Below, piece after piece: positions 1 to 13,748 of a stretch of DNA of 64,000 nucleotides (the first letter of the stretch is position 1; each line of letters starts with the position of its first letter). The position numbers and the translations under genes were made by a program. Under the pieces are notes generated by a model. That model was not told the origin of the DNA. It worked only from the letters and a program-made list of their open reading frames with translations, and made no database searches. This DNA comes from Penicillus capitatus (Eukaryota > Plantae > Chlorophyta), in NCBI GenBank assembly GCA_965649825.1, contig OZ287701.1, positions 485,101 to 549,100 of the forward strand, read 5' to 3'.

Positions 1-3000
1 TCCGTTCGAATCTTACATCCACGAGGTAGGTAACGAACACACACCTGTCACCGACTGAACGCACGAACAAACGCACGCACGCACGAACAAACATCTCTGC
101 TTGTAGATTGTGTATGCGCTGGGTCGGGGTTTCGGTTTCCAAGCCTTTAACGTGAATCCGGACACCTTTAACGTTAACCCTGACACAAACGTAAGCCGCC
201 GTTTCCACAGCACAGACACACGTAGACATGTCATGATGCCTCTAGCCGCATCACTCCGGAGAAGAATGGGTGGCAGGTGCTGTTTTCGTTGCCAGTGATC
301 ATCTCGTGCACATTCTGGCCAAAAACATGTACACACGCAACATGGCAGAAGGTCCACCCCACACGCACACAGCTCGATATCTCTAAGCCATTCCTTAGGC
401 GATGCACGTCACCGATTTATTCTGTCTTCTTGGGATCTGCACGGCAAAATCATGCAAAACTATTTCAAATGGTGTGACCATGTGAACCTTCCTTATCGTC
501 CTTCCTCTCAGAGCGAATGGTTTAACAAAACTGAGCCGTTCAGTGACGAGGCTTGCCATATGATTCTCTCGGAAGTGGGTTTGTTCTACTTGGTTTGGAC
601 AGAGGCACACAATCTCAGATACTTGCCGGAGCTATTGAACTTTCTCTACTGGACCATGCGCTTCAGTCCAATATTCGAAGAAGCAGCAAATGTTTCGCAG
701 GCGACGAAAGGAAACATCCAACCAGTCCCCACGGATCCTGAAGCGGTAAGATGCGTGCCGTATGGAATGGCAGTCCACTGTGTCCTGTCAGATTGTTGCG
801 AATCTACGACAGTACCGTGAAGATTTCCGTCGAACGTTCTGGGTTCAGATCATGAAATTGCGAGACCGTTGGAATAATGAAGGCGTCGAGCCAACGCCGA
901 AGCTCATCAGTCAGTACACCGGCGTGGGAGACAATGAAGCGCCGATTCTTGGGGAAGTCATCCGTAACGGAGATGGTGGAGAGTTTCTCGATCTCATTGT
1001 TCAACCAATCTTCAATTTCCTGGCTATCGAAGTGACCACTCCCATCTCTTGCCCTTACCCAAAACCATCGATCTGCCTTGCTGTACGCAGTTAGACGAGA
1101 AAGGAGGAAAACAGAGTATCGAGATCATTAATCGTGTTAACTATGACGACGTGAATGAGTCCATGTGCAATAGAGGACTCGTCCATCGCACATTGAAGAA
1201 GCTCAAAATCGATGGCAGCAAAACCAAGAACGTCAACGATGCATTCGACGCCATAAAGCGATTGCCGTTTGACGCCGAGGTGAGGCCCAGGCGAAAATGC
1301 CTTCTCCTCATTCTTGTTTGCAGTCGGGCGAGAAAGACCTCGATGTCGCCACGGCATTCTGGAGAAGATACTCATTTGCCAAGACGTTCCGCGAACGCAG
1401 AAGCTACCTTCAGATTTTCAGAATGTTCTGGAGAATGTTCACGTTCCACGCTCTCATGTTTCACGAGCTCCTGATTATTGTAAGGCCAATCAATGGACAT
1501 GTCTATCCCTCTTGATGACGCCTGTCGTGCATCTCAGGCGCTCTACGGTGTGGAAGACTTCGATATCGAGTCCTGTCAGGAAGAAGTGAAGAGGGTGCTC
1601 GAAAAAAACGAAACGACGACGACGGATTCGGAATGCGAAAACGTGTCAGGATTCATTGCCGCACACTCTTCGCTGCTGCTAACGCATTGCTTCCTCGTCG
1701 TTATTGAGCGCTTATCTGCTGGATATCTCTCACTTGGTGTCAAAGTACGCTCCGCTGTTTTGCATGTCTCCATCCGAGTGACGCATCCATCTGCATTCAG
1801 GATCCGAGTAAGAAAGTGAAGAAGCGTCGCAGCAAGATGCGCAAAGGCTATGATGATCTGGAAGCTGCCGATGAAGCTGAAGGTCTGACGAAGAAGAAAG
1901 AGAAGAAAAAGAAAGAGAAATTTCCGTCCATCCGAATTGAAGGGACCCCTGTGGGTGTCTTCGGTGAAGGCCTCATCTGGCTGGCGCTCTTCATCGTCAT
2001 GGTTGCCGTTTTCGTCTTCCAGTTTCTCGAGCCAGAGAAAGTCGGCGTGGCAGGAATGGAGAAGAAAGACTTTAAACTCTACTGGATTCTCGTCTCTGGT
2101 ACCTACCTTGTGGTCAATGTCGCCCATGCGATCTGCTCGACACGGGATGGGTATCAAGTCAGCATCACCAGTTACTTCTCCCTAGGATTCCTGAGAAGAT
2201 TTTCGATTCGGGGCCGTCCGGTGAACGAAGTATCGCCGACCAGTGTGCTGAAAGTCTCGTGGCGTGTGTTTTTCTGGAACGCGTTTTTCTGGACGGTCAC
2301 GTTCATCCTCAAGGGTCTCTTCGATTACTTCCTCATCATTGCTCCCCTTGCAGGTGGATTGGAAGCTCTTTCGCGTGAGAGCTGGCTGTCTTCTGTTTTC
2401 CCAAGCGACAAAAAGATTCTCAACACCGGTGTGCCTTTGCCCGAAGACGGTGATTTTCTGTTGATGATTGCACGTGCTATTCCGTCCTTCTTGATCACCC
2501 TCATTGATACCTCTGTCTTCTATATGATCATGGCCGTGATTTTTGGTATGACGAGAGGTGTCGTCTTGCTCAACTTGGGTGTCGTTGGCAATTTCGCCCA
2601 AGTGCAGACGGAGTTCCGTCGTGCGCCAAAGCAATGGTGGCAACGATGTATCTCACCCGTTGGGCAGACCAACATCCGGGAAAATCTCTTGAAGCAAAGA
2701 TACCTCCTGCCTGAAGATCAGGTCGAGCCAGAAGAAGAGAACGCTCTAAAGAAGGCAAAGAAGAAGAAGAAGAAAGACAAGAAGAGCAAGAAAGATAACG
2801 GCCAAGAGGGTCCCGTGCCCGAAGATGAAGCGAAGCACGATGTGTTCTCGACGACGTGGAACGAGATCATCGATGATCTGCGACTGGCAGATTTGATTTC
2901 CAATACAGAGAGAGATCTGCTGAAGTATACGCGATTGCCATGGCACGAATCGATGTATCATAACAAGATGAAGCCACTGATTCCGCCCACCTTCATCTTC

Positions 3001-6000
3001 GCTGGGCAGATGCAGAAACTGGTCGAGATTCCGAAACCCACAAGGGCACAGATCTTCTTGGTAGAGGAGTTGCGCGATTGGTTGCTCTATCTTTTGGTGC
3101 AAACGGAAATCATTGACAAAGACTTTGGCGATTCGATGAAGAATGCTTTCTTCTTGGAAGAACCGTTCGACAGACATCACCGTATCTGCAGGTATGCATC
3201 ACCACTCCAAGAGGAGATGACGATGGTCGGCTGTCCAGGCGAAAACTGTTGTCGGCGGTGACGGAGTTCCTGAAATCTTTGGCCTCGCTCTCACGTGTGA
3301 ATCCACAGTTGCAGGACAAGTGGGCTGCCGAAGTGAGCAAAGTGCGTAATGCCATGGAGAGCGTCCTCGAAGGTACACGCACCTCTGTACCTAGCATCTG
3401 CCTCACGGTGCTTCCTTCTCTGCAGAAATGTACTACGAAGTCGAAGCTCTGGGAGATCACAAACGTACCAAGCGACTCAAGATCGGTGCAGGTTATCTGA
3501 AAAAGAACATTGAGCTCATCAAACGGTTTATCACGCATCTCAAGAAGACCTACGTCCGAAAAGAAGCGGGAGATGCCTTGGACCAGAAGCTCTCCGTGCT
3601 GTTCAAAGATGAAGCTGAGGGCTCCAACGCTGAGCTGACCGAAGAAGAGGATGCCGGTCCAGGAAGCCGTGTCCCGACCAGCACCTATCTCAAGATCATC
3701 AACGGCTTTGTCAAGAGACTCACGACGCCCAGAATTGTGGCCACGCCCAGTGGACGAGAAGCCCGTCAGTTCTTGACGTTTTTCACGACGTCTTTGTTCA
3801 ATCCGCAGCTTCAGCAACCTCCATCGCTCGTGACCATGATGTCATGGACAACACTGGTCCCTGTTTACGCAGAGGATATCATTTATGCAATGGAGCACAC
3901 CGAAACGGCTGTCGCCTGTGGTCTGGATCCAAAAGGGAACATCGGAAACGTTACAGATCTGATGACCGATACAGACACCCGTGTTTCACTGCTGTCCTAT
4001 CTCAGAGCCGTCTACCCGAAGGACTGGATGAATTTCCTCGAGAGAATAAAAGACAAATTCGGCATCGAGTACGAGAAGCCAGAAGATCTCACGGGTGTCG
4101 AGTTCTGTCAAGGGGGAGAGTTCTATAAACACCAACAGGAATTGCTCCTTTGGGCGTCCTACAGAGGACAGCTGCTTTCAAGAACAGTCAGCACAACTCC
4201 TGCACGCCTGAGCCAGACGCAACGAACTCTGTGACGTAGGTCCGTGGAATGATGGTGTACGAAAAGGCCTTGAAGCTTATAGCATTGCTGGAGCATCCTC
4301 AGCCCGATCACATGGATGATGATGACTACCAGGTTGCCATCGAAGAATGCGTTGCTGCAAAATTCAGGTACCTTGGCGGCGTTCGTTGACCTTGTGCTCA
4401 TCGGAAGGGTGCAGGTGTGTGATTGCTGCACAAGTGTACGGATCCAATCGGAAGGGAGCCAAACTCAAACAGCGTTGGGATGCCAGAGCTATCGAACTTC
4501 TTCTAGACAGGTTGGTTCTCTCCTTCCTTCGCCCTTGACGCACTCAGCTCGGCAGGAATCCGACATTGCGTGTCTCTTTTATCGACGCGGTGAAGGGAGA
4601 AGATCATCAAACCCAATGGGCTGTCCTCATTCGTGGAAACCAGATGGGTGGCGAGAGCGCCGTCGAAGAAATCTATCGCATTCGCATGCCGTACAATGAG
4701 GTCTCCAATCGTGGTATTGTCATCGGTGAAGGAAAACCGGAAAACCAGAACCACGCTATTTGCTTCGCCTTTGGAGAAACACTGCAAACGATTGATATGA
4801 ACCAAGACAACTTCTTGCTGGAAGCTATGAAAATGAGAAGCTTGTTGCAGGAGCTCAAGACTCCGGAATTCAACCCGAAACGATCTCCGCCAAAGAACTG
4901 CAAGGATTACTCCTCTAGGATCTGCAGAAGACTCGATAGGAAGTACATGAAGAAACCGGTGCTGGTTGGATTCAGGGAATGGATCTTCTCGGACAAGGCT
5001 GGTGCATTGGGTAGCTTTGCAGCCGGTACTGAGTTTGCGTTCGGTACCATTCTGCAGCGTGTCATGACCTTCCCTGGAAGAGCCAGATTCCACTACGGAC
5101 ATCCGGATGTCTGGGACAAGCTCTATATCCAAGTCCGCGGAGGAATCTCCAAAGCGACGAGAAATCTGCACGTCTCTGAAGATGTGTTCGGTGGTCTAAA
5201 CGCAGCCCTTCGCGGTGGCAAGATCGCTTACAGGTGTGTTTCGTGGATATGAAGGGCTGTTTGGTGAATTGAGCGTTCCTTGGCAGGGATTACATTTCTG
5301 TGGGCAAAGGTCGTGATATGGGCTTCGTTTCCATCAACGGTTTCGAAATCAAGATCTCTGGAGGAAACGGTGAAGTCTGTGTCTCGCGTGATCTCTATCG
5401 TGTCGCCACGCGTTTTGACTTCTTCCGTATGTTATCGGTCTACTACTCTGGACCTGGATTCTTCATCAACAATGCCATTCTGATGACAACCGTGTATCTG
5501 CAGACATGGGTTCTGGTGGTGTTGGCCCTGGCTGGTGCTTACCTCATCTCCAGTGGAACACTTCGCGAGGCAGAAGGTATTGGTCTACTAGACGATGATG
5601 CAGAAGAGACACCTGGCGAAGAGCCGGCACCAGATGAATCGTCAGCTGAAAATCGAAGACTTCTGATGGACGCCAATCGCCAGATTCTGCAGACATATGG
5701 ATATGCCGCTGACACGGTGGACGAGGAGCCTGAGGATGAGCCGGAAGATGAGCCAGTGGACGCTGCAGCTGAACTTGCAGCTGGAAATGAAGAAGACGCC
5801 GCTGCAGACATCTATGCGAGTTTTCTCGATCCAGCGTCACTTGAAGACACTGGCGGCGGAAATCCCAGTTATGACGTCCCATCCTTTGAGTATGTCGATG
5901 ACGGCTACGCTGAAGCTTACGGTGATCCAGACGACGAACCTGCTCCTACAGCAACCTCCTCTGGTCAACAATCTTCCGGCAGTGCTCCGGCGGGCATTGT

Positions 6001-7865
6001 CCGTCAGGCCGCGGTACACATCCACTCTGAAGAGAAGCACATGAACAGTATTGTCTCCATGTAGGCGGGCGTCAGGCAGGAGAGCTCCGCGGAGATCCGA
6101 GACCTCATTGCAAAGTACAATGACACCGAAGCAGGTCTCAGGGATTTGGACACATCTGTCGGTATCACATCCATTGTTCAGCTGGGTATGATCACGATCA
6201 TTGCGTACATCGGAGAGCTGCTCCTGGAAATGGGCGTTCTCCAGACACTCGTTATCATCTTGGTCCAGGTATCCCACCCTCTCCCTGCACACCCTCTCCT
6301 GACAACAATGATCTATGCAGGTCATCTCGGGATCATTGGCTTTCTTCATCTTCAAGCAACAGACGGATGCATCTGCCTTTGTGGAAGATATGACTTATGG
6401 TGGTGCGCGTTACGTAGGTACGGGTCGTGAGTTTGCCTTGATGCACAATCCCTTTGTGACACTCTACGTCCGCTACGCAAGAACGCATTTCTACTTCGCC
6501 TACAGTCTGGTGCTCCTCTGTGTGCTTCTGGCGATTCTGGATGTTCCTGGGTATGCCTCGGCGACCTTTGGAGCATGGATGGTGGCTCTGTCTCTGCTCT
6601 TTGCGCCCTTCTGGTTCAATCCCGTGCAGTTTGTCGTGAATCAGACCAAGACAGACTACAAGCAATTCAACAGATGGCTCCAGGGAGAAGAGCCCGATCC
6701 AGACAGCAAACAGACATGGTATACCTGGCACGACAAGCAGATGGCCAAGATCCGAAATGAACAGTCCAATATCACAGACCATTACCTCAATGGCATCATG
6801 TCCATCGTATGGAGCTTCGTCATCAATGGTCTCCTGTGGCTCGCTGCGATCTCCCAGATCCGAACCAACGACGATCTGGATCACGTCCAGGATCTCGAAG
6901 ACGAAATCCAGTAACACCAGACTGCCTCTGAGGAATACGTGCTGAGAATTGCCGATGCTTTAGGGATTTGGAGAATGCCATGGCACGTGCGACCTCTTCC
7001 AATGTCGACGATGTCGATTTCTTGGTTCGCCAGAAGAACAGGATTCAGGATCAGTTGATGCGTGAGAAGGGCGACCATTTGGGATTGTCGAAGAAAAATT
7101 TCCCCGACAAGTTCAGGAGTTATGTCATTGTGACGGTGCTGCTCTTGGCGACAGGCGCCTTCCTCTATCTCATCTTCTCCTGCATGAAAGCACGTGGCCG
7201 CCAAAGAGGCGCAAGAATCATCCGTGTGTTGGCGGGTGTCGGCTTCATCCTGGCTTCCTGTATCATGACGATGATCCCTGGCTTCCTGCTGACGAAGGAC
7301 GACAAGAACGGATGGCGTAACCTGATGTTGATCTACTATGCCAATCTCAACCTCGTCATCTTCATCATTTCGGTACCCTCCCCCACAATCTCGTTGCCGT
7401 TTCTGACGCATCTGTGGCTGTGGCTAGTTCCTCGAACATACGTTCTTTGATCGTGTGTCCGTGCGGCATCTGGTGGATCGTGCCTACTTTGTACTGGATA
7501 ACATTTGCTCCACCATTCTATTTGCCGTGCTGTTTTTGCTCTCCTTCATTCGCATCGTCTCCATCATCCAGAACACACTTCTCTACAACGTCTCTGTGGC
7601 GAGCTCGATTCAGAGCAGAGAATTGGTTGAGACCATCGGCATCGAGAGGCTGCGTCAGAAGAAGGACGATTCGGAAGATGGAGATAACAGAGATCGCACG
7701 AACCAAGTGAGCGAAGCCCTGGAGCGTCTGACCGATCCAAACAGAAGCAGAGAGGGCGACATGGGAGCCTCTACCCGCGAAGGATCTTTCACCAGAGGCG
7801 AGTCCATGTCAAGAAAGAATCTTTATAGAAGCAGAGAATCCACGATGAGCGGTAAGCACCCCTAA
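1..7865 (+). CDS. CALS: Callose synthase / 1,3-beta-glucan synthase (GT48), multi-exon, 5' end outside window
   Basis: FKS1-domain motif LFYLVWTEAHNLRYLPELL (452-740). Glucan_synthase motifs: WASYRGQLLSRTV, GEGKPENQNHAICF, QTIDMNQDN, VGFREWIFS, HYGHPDVWDK, RGGISKATRNLHVSEDVFGG. C-terminal TM block with APFWFNP. Exons are joined by ~50-nt GT-AG introns; stop TAA at 7863-7865. Confidence 0.96.
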
Positions 7866-8717
7866 CTCACTCATCGGTCTCACTCTTTTGACACGGTGCT
7901 GTCTTGGCAGATCGTTATGGAGGTGTGCGGACCGGTTCGATGGATGAGCACGGTGCCAGTACGAGCAAGTATCAATATCCCAAACACTCTTAAACACCAT
8001 GTCGTATCCCACCTTTGTTTTTTTTCTTGTCGAACACGGCGTTTGTTGTGACAGAATAAACGAACTCTCTCGATCCGCTTGACTGCTGAATATTGTGACC
8101 CCCGTTTTCAGTTGTTTTGCTAACTGGTGTATCGAAGAGCCACAACAGTTTGCTTAGGCGTAGTGGTGGATTCGGAGATATCGGTGATTCAATCATTCAA
8201 GTGAGACTCCTTAGAGGGTTCTAAAGTTCGTGTGTGCGTGTTTCTGTACTTAACTCGTCGCCGAATCACCTTTCAATTGCTGTTTTCTTTCATGGCTCTG
8301 CGGCAGAGACCGTGTCTCGGCCTATAAACCCGCTGTTATTACTAAGTGATCGACATCTGGTTCATGTGTCCGAGTACACATGCAACTCTCGTCCTGTCCT
8401 TAATCTGAAATTCGTTTTGTCTGGAACGTTTTACACTCGAGTAACATTCTCTGCATGGCTTTCGTGATTGAGCCATTGGGTAGTGATCTTCAGAATCAAG
8501 CATACGTGAAGTTTTTTGAGCTTCGCTACGACAGATCGTTTGAAAAGTTATTGTTGCTCACATACCGACAGATAACAAGCCGCCCGCGAGCATGGATCTT
8601 GAAGTGAGGGAGAAGATTCCACCATACCATTGGAGACAAACCATCTGTTGTGAACAAACAGTTTAATCCATGGACAACACGTTTGAAGAATCGCGTGTCG
8701 ATCGGCGCAAAGATTCA

Positions 8718-10445
8718 TCATCCACTAGAAGAAAAACAGCTGACGGCGGTGCTCAGATCACGCGTCTGTGGGGTGATGATGCTGGAGTCGGAGAGGCGTC
8801 TGGGACGATGATCACGATGCCGATGATTATGCGTCCACATCCAGAGCTTCTTGAATCGATCGAGTTTCTTAGCGAGTGCCTTCGTCGCGCTTCTCTCTTC
8901 GAAGAGCTTTGTCTTCCACTGCAACGCGCGCTGGCGAAAAGCACGTTCCTGTTGCAATCTGCGCAAGATTTCGCGCTGATGTGCCTCTTCCGCCATCTCC
9001 GTCTACACATCGCCGCCATCAGTACTTAAGCGCATGGACACGTACATGCCTTGGACTGCAGCACCAGACGTGTCTTTTCCAACTGCTCGGCCTTTCGGCG
9101 AAGATCCGAGATGCGTTTCATCACGTGGCCCAGGCGATGCTGCGCGCCGTTTGTCCATTGCATCTTCTGGTGTTCGTACTTGGTCTCCATCTCTTCCAGT
9201 ATCTGACGACTCTCCAGCATCTCTCCCTCTTTCTCCTGTAACGGTCACATATTTCTCACTCTTTTCGCATACGCCAAAGAGCGCACACACTTCTTGCAGG
9301 TGCTGAAGTTTCAAAGCGAAGGCGGATTCCATTTCGTGCATCGCTTGCGCGTGTTCCTGCTTCAGATCTTCCTCTCGTTCGAGCTGCTCCTGAATCCATT
9401 TAATCCGCGCCGCTCTCCACTCAATCTCGTGTGTTCTGCATCGCATGCCATTCGGCAACACATGTCAACAACTGTGCGCGCACCGCCGCATCTCTTGGCG
9501 GCTCTTCTCGAACTTCGTCTGCCATTCTCCACTCATCACCTGTCCCGTCTCTTGCGCTGTCTGCCATCCACACCGCAGCCATCTCAGAAATCTGTCCATC
9601 CACGATGTCGGACCTCCAATTGCATTCGCAGCATCTCTGCCGTTCTCTTGTGGTCCGTTTTCTCCCTTTCGAGATCACCGATCTGCATTCCGACCGAAAA
9701 CATATGGTCCTGGGCAGCGCACGCGATCGCTGTACTTTGTAGAGGCTTTCGTTCAGATCGGCTCCTTTCTCTTTGAGCGCTGCCTCAAGATCCGTCGCTT
9801 TGGCCGCATACATTTCCATCTTGGCCGCACTCTCGTTCAGCGATTCACGCAAAACGCTCATCGCCTTTTCCATCCGTCGAATTTCCGCTTCCTTTTTCGC
9901 CCCGTCCACTTGCAGCAACTGCTTCTCTTTCTGACACCGTTCCAAAAGGTCACGCGTATCCGCCAACTCCGCGTTCGTTTGCGTCACTTCGGCGCCGTAA
10001 CTAGCTCCCAACTACGCAACGCCCTGCGGCATCGAAACGAGAGAGGGTATAGAAACGCACGGTATCCAGCTCCCTCTGCAGGCGCTGTTCGTTGGACTTG
10101 CTCAGATAGAAGGCATCCTGCAGTTCCTCGATGGCGCCCTGCCAGCATCCGAATCGTTGTGCCGAATCATACACAGTCACAAAGATTCTGTCGCCTTAGT
10201 TTTGTGCAACAGGCCGCGTTTCTCATCCAACTCCGCGTCTTTCTGCTGAATCTCGGCATCGCGCAGCCGCAGCGTCGACTGAGAACCGTCAAGGTCACCA
10301 CACCATTGCGGTCGCTCTCTTCGCGCACCTGCAATTTCTCCATCGTCATCTTTGGCGTCTCCGTCATCTCGCCACCTCTACAAACACCACGAAACAGCAC
10401 AACGACATTTCCAAGGCATGCCTCTGCCGATACGTTGCTGTTCAT
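8718..10445 (-). CDS. Multi-exon coiled-coil protein of unknown function
   Basis: Successive minus-strand E/K/R/Q/L-rich heptad-like exons (ORFs 9421-10011, 9026-9220, 8718-8996), separated by short intron-like segments. The start and some exon boundaries are uncertain. Confidence 0.55.
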
Positions 10446-10713
10446 CGATTCCCCCTTGCCGTCGGGACCAGTCGAGCGAGCTGTTAATGTATGCTTAAAT
10501 GGATGTTTCGCAGAGACTCATACATCCCCTGAACTTCTCTAGGCGCTTTTTGCCAACAGCAACAACACCGACATCGTATGCGACCCATACCAAACGTTTA
10601 ACCTCGTCGCCATTCTTCACAGAGGAGATCGACCGATTTATCCGTCACCAACAAAAACTTTAAATAAAATGAATGGCACAGAGAAAACGACCACATGGAT
10701 ATCGGTTTCCATT

Positions 10714-11907
10714 TCATCTGCTGTTTTCCCACGGCTCAGAAACGCGAACCAATGGCGGCGGTGCACCGGGAGGTGACTGAGCTGGGAAGGACGCATAGCG
10801 TTGCTGAAGAGACGGCGCATGGGATGGCGTGTTCTGCAGGGATTGAATTAATGACTGGGGCAGAGATGGCAATGGCGATGGGATGGAGAAGGTGGAAAAA
10901 GCGGAAGGCATGGGGAGGGAAGGGTAGAACGAACTATGAAGACCGGAAGGCTCCTCCAGCACTGGCGGCGGCGGGAGATTCTTCACGACGTCTTCAATGC
11001 GACTCTGGCCGAAAGTCAGAGCAGCTCTGGGAAAAGGCACGACCTCTTCTTTACTCTTTTCTTGATGTGACTGGATCAAGTGCGCGGCGTAGATGTGACG
11101 TGCGTTGTTACGCTGAGGCAGTGCCAGAGGTGTCGTCCCATCATCACTCTCATTCGACCGTTCCTCACACTTCAGCTGCTGGCACACATCCGTTTGGCGC
11201 TTGGCGAAGGTGGAGGATGGGACTTGGATGGAATGAAGGTGTGGCGGCGGTTCGGTGGATTTGACAGGTGTGTGTGGTCGGTCCGGTTTCGGTTCCGTAT
11301 GATTCGTACAGATCAGTTCGGGTCCATAGATTCCTTTCAGCGCATCCAGCACGGCAACGGGGAGGTATCTCTCTTCGGGCACCGTACCCCTCTCTTCCTG
11401 CATCGTCATGTTCTGTTGTCCATTCAGCATCACTCTTTCCGGGACGGAAGTTTCGAGGCGAACGGGCTGCGGCTTCGGTCTCACACGTGATGGCTGTTGG
11501 TGAATGACATGTCGTCGAATCGGCTCCGACGGCGTCGTTCGATGCAGAGAGTGATAAACACGTCGGCCTCCTTCGCGGAAGACCGTCCGAAACGGAGAAT
11601 GCGTTGTCCTGCCGCTGCCGGTTCTTCTGGTCCGCATCGATCGCTCGTAGCTGCCCGAAGAGAGCGATCCATCATCGAATGTCGTCTTTCGTGTCTGGAT
11701 CGTGCGGCGTCGGGTCGGACCAGATGTCCGTCGCGTTTTCGGGTGGGATCGGCGTTTGGTAGAGGGAGGTGTCTTGGAATGCTGTTGTTGCAGTCCGTCG
11801 CTCTCAGAGGCAGAGAGGCGCTCGGTGAGCGCATCGGTCACTTTGATATTGGCCAAGCAGTACAGCGCCTCGGCCACTTCATGTTCTTCCTGCGTATCCA
11901 CGGTCAC
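10714..11907 (-). CDS. Low-complexity nuclear-type protein (397 aa), possibly TIME FOR COFFEE-like
   Basis: Uninterrupted 397-aa ORF rich in S/R/T/P. It contains QEEHEVAEALYCLA near the N-terminus and RNNARHIYAAHLIQSHQE internally, which resemble my recollection of two conserved blocks of plant TIC proteins. Not verified by search. Confidence 0.55.
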   Translation of the reverse strand: MTVDTQEEHEVAEALYCLANIKVTDALTERLSASESDGLQQQHSKTPPSTKRRSHPKTRRTSGPTRRRTIQTRKTTFDDGSLSSGSYERSMRTRRTGSGRTTHSPFRTVFREGGRRVYHSLHRTTPSEPIRRHVIHQQPSRVRPKPQPVRLETSVPERVMLNGQQNMTMQEERGTVPEERYLPVAVLDALKGIYGPELICTNHTEPKPDRPHTPVKSTEPPPHLHSIQVPSSTFAKRQTDVCQQLKCEERSNESDDGTTPLALPQRNNARHIYAAHLIQSHQEKSKEEVVPFPRAALTFGQSRIEDVVKNLPPPPVLEEPSGLHSSFYPSLPMPSAFSTFSIPSPLPSLPQSLIQSLQNTPSHAPSLQQRYASFPAQSPPGAPPPLVRVSEPWENSR

Positions 11908-12393
11908 TTCCGCTGCTGCCTCGGCGCTTCTCTTTCCTCCTTTTACTGCTGGTCTCTAATAGCGCACCCACCACATCCATCAACATCTCACACATATATG
12001 CACGTCACATCATTATGATCACACCTTCTTTACTAGACTGGCAACGAAATGATCCTTCCGTAGATCTCGCGGTCGGTTCTTCATCACTAAACAGTCGGGA
12101 TGAACGTTTTTGAATGGAGGAAGGATGGATGGTCATGTACGTGTTCGGGGTTTCGTGGGTATAGACAGGCCCAAGAGATTCGCTGGATACTCGGAGCTGT
12201 GACATCGCGTCATCCCCATGAAAGCTAACTGCAGCACACCGTCGACGTGACCAACCGGCAGCATCGAGAACGCGCTCGAGAATAGCTGGCGTGCTAAGAC
12301 GACGGTTATCGCGTTGAGCGAAGAGCCACAGCGCCCGCGAGCGTCAGACGTAACGTCGTTCGTCTGCCCTCAGACGAGGCGCCGTCGCGTCAC

Positions 12394-13748
12394 ATGGCAG
12401 AAACGACGACGTCGTGTGCAAGGCTTCTTACGCGAGCGCTGTGTCGTGTCCTGAGCGTCGTTTCTTCAACGGACTTGTGGACGGCCTCCGTCATTCCGCG
12501 TCGCGCTGCCTCCTCTGGGCACACACGCAAGGACACGTCTTCCATCGTCTGGCACTTCAACAGGATCCGCCGTTCGACAGCGATTCCACCCTTTACTGCA
12601 CACCGTGTTCCTAGAAATCACGTTGACGGATCGCAAATGCCCTCCGTGAAAAAACGGCGAGGAATGCGACGAACGGAGAGCCCACTGGTATGGCATGCGG
12701 CGTCGTCAACGACGCGACCGCCGCGCTGTGAATCGTGCCCAAAAACGCATCGACGTATACGACGCCACCCGTCGAGTCGCGTAGCTTCGACAGAGGAAGA
12801 ACAGAAAATCGAGTGGCGTCGGGTAACGCGACGACGGCGTTTGCGCGACGCCCGACAAAAGAACGCGTTCAGAGCGCGACGCAGAGGGCGTACCTGTGTA
12901 TCGACTGGGTAGCAGCGTGGCGATGAGTAGCTGTCTGAGAAACAAGAATTCAAGAACGAAAGAAGTCGTACGTGGTGGATCAGGTCGTAAGCGGCGTCAC
13001 ATCACATGCTGCGTCCTCTGCAATCGAAACCCTCGACGTTCTGGCGCCTACGAGGCAGACGACAAGACGTGCCGCACAGATTTAAAGGACCGTACCCCGA
13101 CCCGCCGACGCTCGAGCAATGGCGGGTCGGTTAGCGATACGCGTGTACGGCTCGTCGACAGAGTGCTGTAAATGATAGGCACCGCCCATGGAGGGAACGG
13201 AAGAAATCTTGCGCGCCGCTCTGAAGAAGCGTCGCATGCGAAGCGGTTATGACCCTAGAGAATCGGTGAAGAAGAAGGGGAAGATACCTTGGATTCTTGA
13301 TGTCGATTTTGCGACGAATGAAGTGCATTAAGGGCGACGACGTGATGCGACGTGCAGGGAATGTGGATGCAGGAGATCTGGTGCTTTGTGGATGACATGG
13401 ATCTGGCAGAGCTCAGACGCCAACGCGTTAAATTCGGACTCAAAAACGAAAACGACGCCTTTGAAATGAAGAAGGCGCTGTTTCTCTTGGTGAAGCATCA
13501 GGTGAGACATGCCTACAAATGTATCCATGGAAATGATGTGACAGCTGTGTGGGTGGGTGGGTGCACGATAGGAGTATTACCAGAAAGAAGCCGATGAGAT
13601 CATGGAACGGAGAATACGTAAAGCAAACGTACGTGCTGAGCGCCGCGCCGTGATGCGTCGTCGGTCGCATTTAAATCTTGAACCACGCAAAGGTGTGGTC
13701 TCTCACACTCTTTGGAAGAAGACATTGTGTGACAGATATGGAAGATGA
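12394..13748 (+). CDS. Multi-exon hypothetical protein with basic N-terminal (transit-peptide-like) region
   Basis: Hand-spliced exons give ...EEEQKIEWRR.../KQEFKNERSRTWWIR/FKGPYPDPPTLEQWR/APPMEGTEEILRAALKKRRMRSGYDPRESVKKKGKIPWILDVDFATNE/EIWCFVDDMDLAELRRQRVKFGLKNENDAFEMKKALFLLVKHQ/EYYQKEADEIMERRIRKAN...*. Most junctions are GT-AG; no domain was recognised. Confidence 0.55.

Noticed and set aside
142-190. 21-bp duplication (FNVNPDT x2) in a callose synthase exon
   Set aside because: A real but tiny in-frame duplication in a variable N-terminal region, with no evidence of significance.
9445-10542. 365-aa plus-strand ORF (also 1576-2157, 3110-3817, 26263-27066, 26411-27295 and others)
   Set aside because: Antisense shadows of real genes on the opposite strand, with no motifs and composition mirroring the sense codons.
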